In this document: positions 54,397-63,031 of the stretch, one piece after another
Position numbering within the stretch: the first letter of the stretch is position 1
Layout: every line of letters starts with the position of its first letter
Origin: Planctomycetota bacterium
GTDB lineage: Bacteria; Planctomycetota; UBA1135; GCA-002686595
Assembly (NCBI GenBank): GCA_041488095.1
Contig: JBGPOP010000008.1
Location: 26,396-90,395 of the forward strand
Direction of reading: 5' to 3'
Length of the DNA stretch: 64,000 nucleotides
Notes under the pieces: generated by a model
Seen by the model: the letters and a program-made list of their open reading frames with translations, nothing else
Told to the model about the DNA's origin: nothing
Database searches by the model: none
Program-made: the position numbers and the translations under genes

Positions 54397-54425
54397 GGGA
54401 CACTGCCGCCCCGCCCCTCTAGAAT
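54397..54425 (+). promoter_or_regulatory. Candidate promoter giving a near-leaderless MFS transcript
   Basis: GGGACA, a 17-nt spacer, then TAGAAT (54420-54425). The ATG lies 11 nt downstream. The -10 plus flank, TAGAATCCC, is identical to that of the rpsB promoter. Confidence 0.3.
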
Positions 54426-54435
54426 CCCCGCCGTC

Positions 54436-55704
54436 ATGGGCCGATCGCAGACCTCGGGCCGCTCGCCGCTCGCCTTCATCTTCCTGACGGTCTTCATCGA
54501 CCTCCTGGGGTTCGGGATCGTCATCCCGCTGCTCCCGGTGTACTCGAAGGCCTACGGGGCGAGCCCGACCGAGCTGGGCGTGCTCTTCGGCTGCTTCTCC
54601 GCGATGCAGTTCGTGTTCGCTCCGATGTGGGGGCGGATCTCGGACCGGATCGGACGGCGTCCCGTGCTCATCGGCGGGCTTCTCGGCACGGCGGCCTCGT
54701 ACGTGCTGTTCGGCTTCTCGCACTCGATGGCGCTGCTCTTCGCATCGCGCCTTCTGGCCGGCTTCTTCGGCGCCAACATCTCGACCGCGCAGGCCTACAT
54801 CGCCGACGTGACGACCCCCGAGAACCGCGCCAAGGGCATGGGGCTGGTCGGCGCCGCATTCGGGCTGGGCTTCACGTTCGGGCCCCTCATCGGCGGCGAG
54901 CTGACGCACATCTCCATGGCCGCGCCGGGCTTTGCGGCGGCCGCCTTCTCGCTCCTGGCGGCGATCTTCGGCTACCTCAAGCTGCCGGAGCCCCCGCGTG
55001 TCGAGCGCAAGGCCAGCCGGATTTTCAGTCTGACGCAGCTGCGGCAGGCCTGGGCGATACCACGCATCGGGATCCTGCTGATCCTGAGCTTCCTGTTCAT
55101 CGCCTCGTTCTCTTCGTTCGAGACGATGTTCATCCCGTTCGGGATCGTCAGGTTCCCGGCCGCCTTCGACATGCCGGAAGGGATCCTCCGACCGACCCTG
55201 GAGGACACGCTGCGGGCCGCGCCGTGGGCGGGGAGATATCTCTGCGGCATCGGACTCATCGCCGCAGGGGTTCAGGGCGGGTTGATTCGTCGCCTCGTGC
55301 CACGGTTCGGGGAGCCGAACCTCGCGGTCGTCGGCCCGCTCCTGCTCGCGATCGCCTTCGTGATCGTGGGATTTGCCACGACGTGGGGCTTCGTGATCCT
55401 GGGATGCCTGGTCATGCCTCTGGGGTTCGGTCTGAACAACCCGTCGCTCTACGGCCTGATCTCGCGAGCTTCTCCGCCCGACGAGCAGGGAGCCTACCTG
55501 GGCATGAACCAGTCCGTCGCGAGCCTGGCGCGCGTCGTCGGGCCGTCCTTGGCCGGCCTTGCCTTCCAGCTCCTGAGCCCGCGCGCCCCGTTCCTGATCG
55601 CCGCGTGCGCGCTGCTCGTGTCATCCTCCCTCGCCGCAGTCTACCGCCGGAAGTACGGGGCGACCTTCTCGCGCGGCGCCCCGGCGGGTTCGGCGGAGGT
55701 CTGA
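54436..55704 (+). CDS. MFS transporter (drug/H+ antiporter-like, 12 TM)
   Basis: It begins MGRSQTSGRSPLAFIFLTVFIDLLGFGIVIPLLPVY and contains GRISDRIGRRPVLIGG (MFS motif A). Confidence 0.8.
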   Translation: MGRSQTSGRSPLAFIFLTVFIDLLGFGIVIPLLPVYSKAYGASPTELGVLFGCFSAMQFVFAPMWGRISDRIGRRPVLIGGLLGTAASYVLFGFSHSMALLFASRLLAGFFGANISTAQAYIADVTTPENRAKGMGLVGAAFGLGFTFGPLIGGELTHISMAAPGFAAAAFSLLAAIFGYLKLPEPPRVERKASRIFSLTQLRQAWAIPRIGILLILSFLFIASFSSFETMFIPFGIVRFPAAFDMPEGILRPTLEDTLRAAPWAGRYLCGIGLIAAGVQGGLIRRLVPRFGEPNLAVVGPLLLAIAFVIVGFATTWGFVILGCLVMPLGFGLNNPSLYGLISRASPPDEQGAYLGMNQSVASLARVVGPSLAGLAFQLLSPRAPFLIAACALLVSSSLAAVYRRKYGATFSRGAPAGSAEV

Positions 55705-55707
55705 GCC

Positions 55708-57195
55708 GTGCGCTTCCGGCCGCGCGTCCTGGCCCTGCCGCGCGCCCTCGACGCGGGCGGGTTTCTGGCGCGGCTCTCCTCGCGCCGCGCGCCCGCCGCG
55801 CTCGACAGCGCGGGCGGATCGCCGCGCCGATGGAGTCTCGTCGCCTTCGACCCGCTACGCGGCGTCGAGCCTCCGGCGGATCTCCGCGGGCTGCGAGCGA
55901 TGGTCGCCCGTGTGCGGTCCGAGCCGGGCGATCCCGTCCCGGGTCCCTTCCAGGGTGGTTTCCTGGGCGCGCTCTCCTACGACCTCGGCCCGGCGGGGGA
56001 GCGACCGGTCGAGGTCGCGCCCGATCCGTGGCGGTCCCCGCGGATAGCGGGCGGCCTGTACGTCGACTTCATCGTGCGCGACGAGGAGCGCGGGGCGGCC
56101 TGGCTCGTGCTTGGCGACGAGCCCGGCGACGGCCGGCCGGGCGTCAAGGCGCGCCGGCGCGAGATCCTCGATCTCCTCGAGCTCGACGCCCCGCCAGCTC
56201 CCGAGCCCCGCCCGCTCGGTCCGCTCGTGCGCCACACTCCTGCGGACGTTCACCGTGCGCGGATCGAGAGCGCGCGCGAGCGCATCGCGGCGGGGGACTT
56301 CTACCAGGCCAACCTCGCGCATCGCTTCACGCGCGCTATGGAGGGCCATCCGGTCGAGATCTACCGGCGCCTGCGCGCGGTGAACCCCGCGCCCTACATG
56401 GGCTTTCTCGCCTGGGACCGCGAGACCGCCTCGGTGGGCGAGGGCTTTCCCACGGGCGCGCTCTTGTCGGCATCCCCCGAGCTCCTGCTCGAGTTCGACG
56501 GCCAACTCGTGCGCACGCGACCGATCAAGGGCACGGCCCCGCGCGGCAAGACGCCCGCGGAGGACGGGCGACGGGCGCGCGCTCTGCTCGCGAGCGCGAA
56601 GGATCGCGCCGAGCTCGCGATGATCGTCGACCTCGAACGCAACGACCTCGGGCGCATCGGATCCCCGGGCAGCGTGCGCGTCGAGCGCTTCCCGCACCTC
56701 GAGACCTACGCTTCGGTGCACCACCTGGCGGCCGACGTCGTCGCGCGCGCGCGCCCGGGCCTCGGCGCCGTCGACGTCCTGGCCGCGCTCTTCCCGGGCG
56801 GCTCGATCACCGGAGCGCCCAAGCTTGCGGCGATGGAGGCGATCGCGCGGCTCGAGGGCGAGGGCCGCGGCTTCTTCACCGGCTCGCTCGGCTTCCTCGA
56901 CCTGCGCGGCCGCGCGTGCTTCAACATCCTGATCCGCACGCTGATCTGGCGGCCGGATCCAGCTTCGCCGCCTGGGACTCCGCGCGGGGAAGTCTCCTTC
57001 CACGTCGGCGGAGGGATCACCTGGTCCTCGGACGCGCGAGCCGAGGACGCCGAGACCCTCACCAAGGGAAAGGCCCTCGCCGCGGCTCTCGAGCCCCGGG
57101 GCGCCCCGAGGGCGGGGAAGAAAAGGCGCTTCGGGTCATCCCACACCGCCCCTCCACGGGGCAGCCCAGGTGACTGGGAGCGCTCGGCCCGATAA
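55708..57195 (+). CDS. pabB: Chorismate-utilising enzyme, aminodeoxychorismate synthase component I-like (PabB/TrpE family)
   Basis: The GTG start sits 4 nt after the MFS stop. It contains PFQGGFLGALSYDLG, FYQANLAHRFT, LRAVNPAPYMGFL, IKGTAPRG, DRAELAMIVDLERNDLGRI and FPGGSITGAPKLAAMEAIARLEG. Whether it is PabB or TrpE was not resolved. Confidence 0.6.
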   Translation: MRFRPRVLALPRALDAGGFLARLSSRRAPAALDSAGGSPRRWSLVAFDPLRGVEPPADLRGLRAMVARVRSEPGDPVPGPFQGGFLGALSYDLGPAGERPVEVAPDPWRSPRIAGGLYVDFIVRDEERGAAWLVLGDEPGDGRPGVKARRREILDLLELDAPPAPEPRPLGPLVRHTPADVHRARIESARERIAAGDFYQANLAHRFTRAMEGHPVEIYRRLRAVNPAPYMGFLAWDRETASVGEGFPTGALLSASPELLLEFDGQLVRTRPIKGTAPRGKTPAEDGRRARALLASAKDRAELAMIVDLERNDLGRIGSPGSVRVERFPHLETYASVHHLAADVVARARPGLGAVDVLAALFPGGSITGAPKLAAMEAIARLEGEGRGFFTGSLGFLDLRGRACFNILIRTLIWRPDPASPPGTPRGEVSFHVGGGITWSSDARAEDAETLTKGKALAAALEPRGAPRAGKKRRFGSSHTAPPRGSPGDWERSAR

Positions 57196-57233
57196 GGTGG
57201 CCGTTGCATCCAGGCATCCACGAGGTGGCCAAC

Positions 57234-58001
57234 ATGTTGCACGCCGGCGCGCTCGTCCTTCTCTCGCTCCTACCCTTCGGACTCCAGGATCCCCCGCCGA
57301 CTCCGCCGCCCGACAAGCGTCCGGAGCTGGCCGAGATGCTCGACAAGCTCAAGGATCACGTCGACAAGCTCGGCAAGGAGGACAAGGACGCGATCGCGGT
57401 GATCGACCAGCTCAACCAGGAGTTCAAGAAATCCGGCCCCAAGGACAAGGCGTTGATCGTCAGGGGGCTCTCGCGCTGCTTCGAGTCGCGGCGCCTGGAG
57501 AAGGAAGGGCAGCCGCCCGACAACCAGCTCAACCTCGCCGCCGCCGTGGCGCTCGGCCAGATGGGGCCCGAGAGCACGGACGTGTTGATGGGCTGGATCG
57601 GGCACAAGAACCTGCGCAAGGACATCGCGCTCCAGGCGCGCCTGATCAAGAGCCTGGGCAGCACCAAGGACAAGAAGGCGATCAAGGAGCTGACCCTCAA
57701 CCTCGAGAACAAGACGCCCACGCTCGTCAGCGCGGCGGCCGAGGCGCTGGGAGAGTTCAACGAGGCCGACCTCGACACGCGCAAGACGGTGTTCGATTCG
57801 CTGCTGAAGGTGTTGATGTCCGCCAAGGGCGACAAGGACACCAACATCAACAACGCTATCGCGCGCGAGCGCTACGACGTGATCGCGGCTCCGATCATCA
57901 CCAGCCTCGCCAAGCTCAGCAAGCACGACGAGCGCGACCCCGACAAGTGGCAGAACTGGTGGAACAAGAACAAGCGCGCGGCCTGGGACGCACCGCAGTG
58001 A
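57234..58001 (+). CDS. Secreted HEAT/ARM-like repeat protein, hypothetical
   Basis: It begins MLHAGALVLLSLLPFGLQ (signal peptide), and GAGGTGG lies upstream of the ATG. The protein is Lys-rich and helical, and its C-terminus reads WQNWWNKNKRAAWDAPQ. Confidence 0.5.
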   Translation: MLHAGALVLLSLLPFGLQDPPPTPPPDKRPELAEMLDKLKDHVDKLGKEDKDAIAVIDQLNQEFKKSGPKDKALIVRGLSRCFESRRLEKEGQPPDNQLNLAAAVALGQMGPESTDVLMGWIGHKNLRKDIALQARLIKSLGSTKDKKAIKELTLNLENKTPTLVSAAAEALGEFNEADLDTRKTVFDSLLKVLMSAKGDKDTNINNAIARERYDVIAAPIITSLAKLSKHDERDPDKWQNWWNKNKRAAWDAPQ

Positions 58002-59116
58002 CCGCGGTGGCGCTGGCGCTCCTCGGGGGCGCCTGCGCCCGGCAGTCGAGCGAAGCGTCCGCGAGCGAATCCCGGACCCCGCGCGATCCAGGCGACGGCA
58101 CCGCCCTGCGCGCCGAGCTCGACGCGGCGCAAGCGCGGATCTGCGAGCTCGAGGCGAGCTTGAAGTCGGCGACCTCGGAGCGGATCGCGCGCGAAGAGGA
58201 ATGGCTGCGCTACACCAAGGCCCTTTCGCAGCTCTCCCAGGCCGCCGAGAAGCCGCTCGCGTCCTTCCAACCCATGCCGGAGGCGCAAGCCGCTGCGGCC
58301 GAGGCCGTTCGGCCCAAGGTGCCCGAGGGACCCCTGGAGACGCCGTCGAAGGCATCCGCGCAGCGCGACCGCGAGATCTTCCTCTCGCTGCGCTCGCTCT
58401 TCACCGTCGAGCAGGTGACCGGCTACGACCTGCTCGAGTCGGGCGCGCTCGCCGAGGGAGCGACCGGCCCGGTGGTCCTGCGCGCGCTCGACGAGCGCGG
58501 GCGACCGGTCGGAACCCTCGCGGCCGAGCGCCTGCGCCTGGAAGGCAGCCGCGCCGCGCGCACGCTGACGCTCGTCCTCGAGAACGGCTACGAGCGCCGC
58601 GGCGGGGAGAAGCTCTTCTTCGAGGGTGTGAGCGCGGCGGATGCGAAGGGCACGATCAAGCGGCTCGAGCTGCCCGACATCGACCCCGCGCCGTGGATCG
58701 AATCTCTGCCCGAGCTCTTCCGAGAGGAGGACAAGGCGCCGCCGGCCGACGACGGGCTGTGGGACCTCGGCGCGGTGCGAGCGGCGCTGAACCTGCTCCT
58801 GCGACAGGATGTTTCGGGGGGGTGGTGGAGGCTCGCGTCCTTCGGAGGGGTGCAGGGATCCGTGTTGCGCGACGTGCAGCTCGACCGGCTGGACGCGGAG
58901 GGGAGGCTCGAGCGCAAGCTCTTCGCGGATCGGATGGAGATCGATGCGCAGGAGAAGGGGGTGAAGATCGAGCTGCAGGACGGTGCGCAGCTGCGGGGCG
59001 ATACGAAGACGCCGTTCCTGGAGGGGCGGTTCAGGATCTTTCTGCCGCGAGCGTCGGTGGATGAGTGGAGGAGGGCGGGGGTGCCGGGCCTGTCCCCGCC
59101 GCAGAAGGCCCGTTAA
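57998..59116 (+). CDS. Lipoprotein, hypothetical (coiled-coil N-terminal region)
   Basis: A GTG start overlaps the upstream stop (GTGA). It begins VTAVALALLGGACARQ (lipobox). It contains RAELDAAQARICELEASLKSATSERIAREEEWLRYTKALSQL. Confidence 0.5.
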   Translation: MTAVALALLGGACARQSSEASASESRTPRDPGDGTALRAELDAAQARICELEASLKSATSERIAREEEWLRYTKALSQLSQAAEKPLASFQPMPEAQAAAAEAVRPKVPEGPLETPSKASAQRDREIFLSLRSLFTVEQVTGYDLLESGALAEGATGPVVLRALDERGRPVGTLAAERLRLEGSRAARTLTLVLENGYERRGGEKLFFEGVSAADAKGTIKRLELPDIDPAPWIESLPELFREEDKAPPADDGLWDLGAVRAALNLLLRQDVSGGWWRLASFGGVQGSVLRDVQLDRLDAEGRLERKLFADRMEIDAQEKGVKIELQDGAQLRGDTKTPFLEGRFRIFLPRASVDEWRRAGVPGLSPPQKAR

Positions 59117-59120
59117 CTGA

Positions 59121-59340
59121 ACTCCGCTTTCGCGGCCGGCGTCTGCGCCGGCCGCGAAAGCGGAGTCCGGCGGCGCCGGTACTGGCGCCGACGTGCGGTG
59201 GCGAGTTGATTTGCAGTTGCCTTGGCGTACGCGGACGCCGAGGCAGAAGAAGAGCAACCCGCCACCGCACGGCGGCGCCAGTACCGGCGCCGCCGGACTC
59301 CGCGTTCGCCCCGCCGCAGACGGCGGGCCGAACGCGGAGT
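59121..59340. repeat. About 220-bp nested palindromic element of several hairpins in the lipoprotein-xseA intergenic region
   Basis: A perfect 21-bp stem, 59121-59141 / 59146-59166. A related 20-bp stem with one mismatch, 59297-59316 / 59321-59340. Between them, a ~37-bp inverted repeat with one mismatch, 59167-59203 vs 59261-59297. Confidence 0.8.
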
Positions 59341-59399
59341 TCAAATTGGGGATCGAGGCCTGCGTTGACGTCTCCTTCTCCGGTCGCGATAACTTCCGC

Positions 59400-60821
59400 G
59401 TGACCGATTCGGATCGACAGCGCGCCAGCGATTCCAGCTCGGAGGACTGGAGCGATCTCTCCGACGCCTTCGCCCGCTCGCGTCCGGCCGGCCCGAAGGT
59501 CTGGACCGTCAGCGAGCTCACGCGCGAGATCAAGGTCGCGCTCGAGGACATCGGCCGGGTCAGCGTCGAGGGCGAGGTCACCCGCGTCGTGCGCGCGGCT
59601 TCCGGGCACCTGTACTTCGACCTCAAGGACATGGACGCCAAGGTCTCGTGCACGGTCTGGCGCAGCCAGGTCGCGAGCGCGGTGCGCTTCGAGCTGGAGG
59701 AGGGCGCCCAGGTCGTCGCGCACGGACGGCTCGACGTGTACGGGCCGCGCGGGACCTACAGCCTGAACGTCCAGCGCCTGGAGCAGGCCGGTCTCGGCGC
59801 GCTGCTGGTGCGCCTCGAGAAGCTCAAGGCCGAGCTGAAGGCTCTGGGCTGGTTCGACCGCAAGCGCCCGCTGCCCGCGATGCCGCGGACGATCGGCGTC
59901 GCGACCTCGCGGGACGGCGCGGCGCTCCAGGACTTCCTGCGCACGCGCTCCCTGCGCTGGCCGCTCTACCCGGTGCGTCTCGCGCACACGAGCGTCCAGG
60001 GCGCGGGGGCGGCCGAAGAGATCGCCGCTGCGATCCGGCGGCTCGATGCGAGCGGTGTCGACGTGATCGTCGTGTGCCGCGGCGGGGGATCCCTGGAGGA
60101 CCTGTGGGCCTTCAACGAGCGCGCCGTGGCCGAGGCGATCCACCTCTCGAGCGTCCCGGTCGTCACGGGCGTCGGGCACGAGACCGACCTGACCCTCGCC
60201 GATCTCGTCGCCGACCATCGCGCGCACACGCCGACCGACGCGGCGCAGACGGTGATCCCCGACCGCGCGGCACTGCTCGCCGACCTCGAGCGCGCTCGCA
60301 ACCACCTCCTCCAGGCGGTCGACGGTGCGCTCGCCGGCCGCGAGGAGCGCCTGGCGCGCGCGGCAGCTTCGCCGGCGCTGCGTGGCGCGGAGTGGATCCT
60401 CGACCGGCGTTCGCAGGACATCGAGCTCCGCGGGCGCGCGCTCCGCCTCGCAGCGGGCGTGGTGCTCGATCAGGCCGGCTGGCGCATCTCGCGCGCGGGA
60501 GCGAACTTGTCGAAACACAGCCCGGCGGTGCGGCTCGAGCGCCGCTCCGCGCGCCTGCTCGCGCTCGCCCCGCGCCTCGCGCGCGGGGCCGCGGTGCCGC
60601 TCGAGAGGGAGGAACGGCGCCTGGACCTGGCCCAGACCTCGCTCTCGGCCACCTCGCCCTTCGCGGTGCTCGAGCGCGGCTTCTCGATCACGCGCCGCGA
60701 ACGCGATTCGGCCCCGTTGACGGGCCCGGGTCAATTGAATCCCGGAGAGCGGATCCGGACCGTGCTCGCCTCGGGTTGGATCCTGTCGGAGGTCGAGGAA
60801 ACGGGTGAAACGCCCGCCTGA
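59400..60821 (+). CDS. xseA: Exodeoxyribonuclease VII large subunit
   Basis: It contains WTVSELTREIKVALEDIGRVSVEGEVTRVVRAASGHLYFDLKD (OB-fold), IGVATSRDGAALQDFLRT, VIVVCRGGGSLEDLWAFNERAVAEAI and VVTGVGHETDLTLADLVADHRAHTPT. The start is uncertain; GTG 59400 is the first plausible in-frame start after the palindrome. Confidence 0.8.
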   Translation: MTDSDRQRASDSSSEDWSDLSDAFARSRPAGPKVWTVSELTREIKVALEDIGRVSVEGEVTRVVRAASGHLYFDLKDMDAKVSCTVWRSQVASAVRFELEEGAQVVAHGRLDVYGPRGTYSLNVQRLEQAGLGALLVRLEKLKAELKALGWFDRKRPLPAMPRTIGVATSRDGAALQDFLRTRSLRWPLYPVRLAHTSVQGAGAAEEIAAAIRRLDASGVDVIVVCRGGGSLEDLWAFNERAVAEAIHLSSVPVVTGVGHETDLTLADLVADHRAHTPTDAAQTVIPDRAALLADLERARNHLLQAVDGALAGREERLARAAASPALRGAEWILDRRSQDIELRGRALRLAAGVVLDQAGWRISRAGANLSKHSPAVRLERRSARLLALAPRLARGAAVPLEREERRLDLAQTSLSATSPFAVLERGFSITRRERDSAPLTGPGQLNPGERIRTVLASGWILSEVEETGETPA

Positions 60822-60829
60822 AGGCCCTC

Positions 60830-61885
60830 GTGATGGGGGGAGCCCTCCTCGGACGCACGCTCGAGACGCGGGCGCGCAGTAGGATTCGTCGGATGGTCCC
60901 GTCCGAGCCAGAGCCCGCCCGCGCGGCAGCGACGGCGCCCGCGCGCGAAGGCGCGGCGCGGCCCGGAGTGACCGCCGTGGTCGTCAACTGGAACGGCGGG
61001 GGGCAGAACGTGGAGTGCCTCGCGTCGCTCTTCGCCCAGGGACTCTCGCCGGGCGAGATCGTGTTCGTGGACAACGGCTCGGTGGACGGCTCGGCCGAAG
61101 AGGTCGCGCGGCGGTTCCCGGGCGTCGTGCTGCTGCGGAACCGGGAGAACCTGGGCTTCGGCGAGGGTGCGAACCAGGGCGCGCGCGAGGCGCTCTCCCG
61201 GGGGGCGCGCCGGGTGTTCTTCGTCAACAACGACGTCCGGCTGCCCGAGGGGACGCTCGACGTGCTCGTGCGCGCCCTCGAGGGGAGTCCGAAGGTCGGC
61301 ATCGTCGGCCCTCGCGTCCTGTACAAGAGCGAGCCGGATCGGGTGTGGTGCGCGGGGGGGATGTTGACCTGGCGGCAGAACCTGTCGACCCTGCTCGGCC
61401 ACCGCGAGCCCGATGGACCGCAGTGGCGCGCGACGCGCGAGGTCGACTACGTCGTCGGGTGCGCGCTGCTCGCGCGGCGGGAGGTGCTCGAGGAGGTCGG
61501 CCTCTTCGACGCCCAGTTCTTCGCCTACATGGAGGACGTCGATCTGTGCCTGCGCGCGCGGCGCGCGGGCTTCGGCGTGCTGCTCGTCGGCGAGGCGGCG
61601 GCCTACCACGAGACCTCGAGCGCGACCGGCGGAGGCTACAACCCGCGCCGCAAGTACATGATGGGCGTGAACTCGATCTGGTTCCTCCGGCGACACGCGC
61701 GCGCGCGGGAGTGGGCGAGGTTCCTCGTGTACGACGTGCTGACGCTGCCGTTCCTGTGGCTCGCGGGTCTCTTCCGGGGTCGGGCCAAGGCCGTCGTCGG
61801 CAAGGCGCTCGGCATCTACGACGGCCTGCGCGGCAAGCGCGTGACGAGCGCGAGCATCGAGGAGGGGGCGAGGTGGCTGTGGTAG
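60830..61885 (+). CDS. Glycosyltransferase family 2 (rhamnosyltransferase-like)
   Basis: It contains VTAVVVNWNGGGQNVECLASL, IVFVDNGSVDGSAEE, FGEGANQG, FVNNDVRL (DxD-type) and FFAYMEDVDLCLRARRAGF. An alternative start lies at ATG 60893. Confidence 0.7.
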   Translation: MMGGALLGRTLETRARSRIRRMVPSEPEPARAAATAPAREGAARPGVTAVVVNWNGGGQNVECLASLFAQGLSPGEIVFVDNGSVDGSAEEVARRFPGVVLLRNRENLGFGEGANQGAREALSRGARRVFFVNNDVRLPEGTLDVLVRALEGSPKVGIVGPRVLYKSEPDRVWCAGGMLTWRQNLSTLLGHREPDGPQWRATREVDYVVGCALLARREVLEEVGLFDAQFFAYMEDVDLCLRARRAGFGVLLVGEAAAYHETSSATGGGYNPRRKYMMGVNSIWFLRRHARAREWARFLVYDVLTLPFLWLAGLFRGRAKAVVGKALGIYDGLRGKRVTSASIEEGARWLW

Positions 61886-62038
61886 GGCGGAAGGCGGGCT
61901 CAGGCTGTCTTGCGCCTCGGGGGAGGCGGGGTCGGGGTCGGGCGCCTTCCCTGCGGAGGAGGATTCTTCGCCGTCTTGAGCCAGTTCTTCGCCCTCGCAT
62001 GCGGGTGCGCCTCCACCTCGGGACGAGCGCGACGGACG

Positions 62039-62704
62039 TCAGCTTCTTTCTCTTTCTCGCTCATGGTCCCACCCTGGTTGCAGCACCCTTTGGTCGTCGA
62101 GGAACTCCACCAACCGGATCCCCGCCTCGCGGGCGATGAGGATGCCCGGACCCCGGATCTCCGTCAACCCGCCTTCGTCGTCGAGGTAGGCGGCATCGGC
62201 GAGGAAGATAGCTCCTTCGTCGGGGGTATCGGAGAAGAGCTCCGGCCATCCGAGGATCCGTTCGCCCGACTCCAGGTGGACGAGCACCCACCTCGGACGG
62301 TCATAGAACGCGCTTTGCCATACCGTGGGGTGGCTGGATTGCTTGGTCGCCCCAAGAGAACGCAGAAGGCTCAGCGGTTGATCGAGGTTGTGGAGCCAAC
62401 CCAGGATCCCTCCCAACGAGATCGCGATCAGAGCGAGCGCGGTGAGAGGCGGGGCGTTCCGGCGCAGGGTGTCGAGGGCCGACACACCGAGGATTGCCTC
62501 TCCGGAAGAGACAGACCCTTCCCACTGCCATCTTGCGGGCATCCAGGCGTAGGCTGCGAGGACCAGGAACTCGAAGAGGACCACCTCGCTGATCATCTCG
62601 AGATGGGACTTCTTCCTCTGGACGGCGACAAGTGCGAACATCCTGGCCGCCAGGAAGCCGGGCAGCAGGAAGAGGATCACGAGCAGGTGGTCCGCGTCGA
62701 TCAT
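62039..62704 (-). CDS. Membrane protein, hypothetical
   Basis: It begins MIDADHLLVILFLLPGFLAARMFALVAV and has two further hydrophobic helices. The ATG at 62704 was verified in the sequence. Confidence 0.45.
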   Translation of the reverse strand: MIDADHLLVILFLLPGFLAARMFALVAVQRKKSHLEMISEVVLFEFLVLAAYAWMPARWQWEGSVSSGEAILGVSALDTLRRNAPPLTALALIAISLGGILGWLHNLDQPLSLLRSLGATKQSSHPTVWQSAFYDRPRWVLVHLESGERILGWPELFSDTPDEGAIFLADAAYLDDEGGLTEIRGPGILIAREAGIRLVEFLDDQRVLQPGWDHERERERS

Positions 62705-63031
62705 GTCGAATCGTCCGCCCCTCCGGATCCTCCGGTCTCGGAATGGTTTCAGGCCAAACCCGGTCTTTCTCGCAAGGAGTGGGCGTGCACCCCACGCGAG
62801 GGTCTCGCGTGCGTGCCCTTGGCACGCGCCTGGCAAGGGAACTCAAGGGTCCCACCTCGACCGCCGCAACGTGCCGGCTACCGGAACTTGGCGACCGTCC
62901 TCCCGGCGACCATGGCTTCTCCTGCTCCACTGCATCGGACGTTCGGCATTCCTCGCAGGTGACGCCTTGCTTGAGGCGCTCGAACAGGCCCATCTTCCTC
63001 CCGCATCGGCTGCATGCGGCCATGGGTTCCG

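Noticed and set aside
59065-59403. A 112-aa plus-strand ORF across the palindromic intergenic element
   Set aside because: Its translation (Arg/Gly/Pro-rich) is dictated by the GC-rich palindromes. The region is better explained as a non-coding structured repeat.
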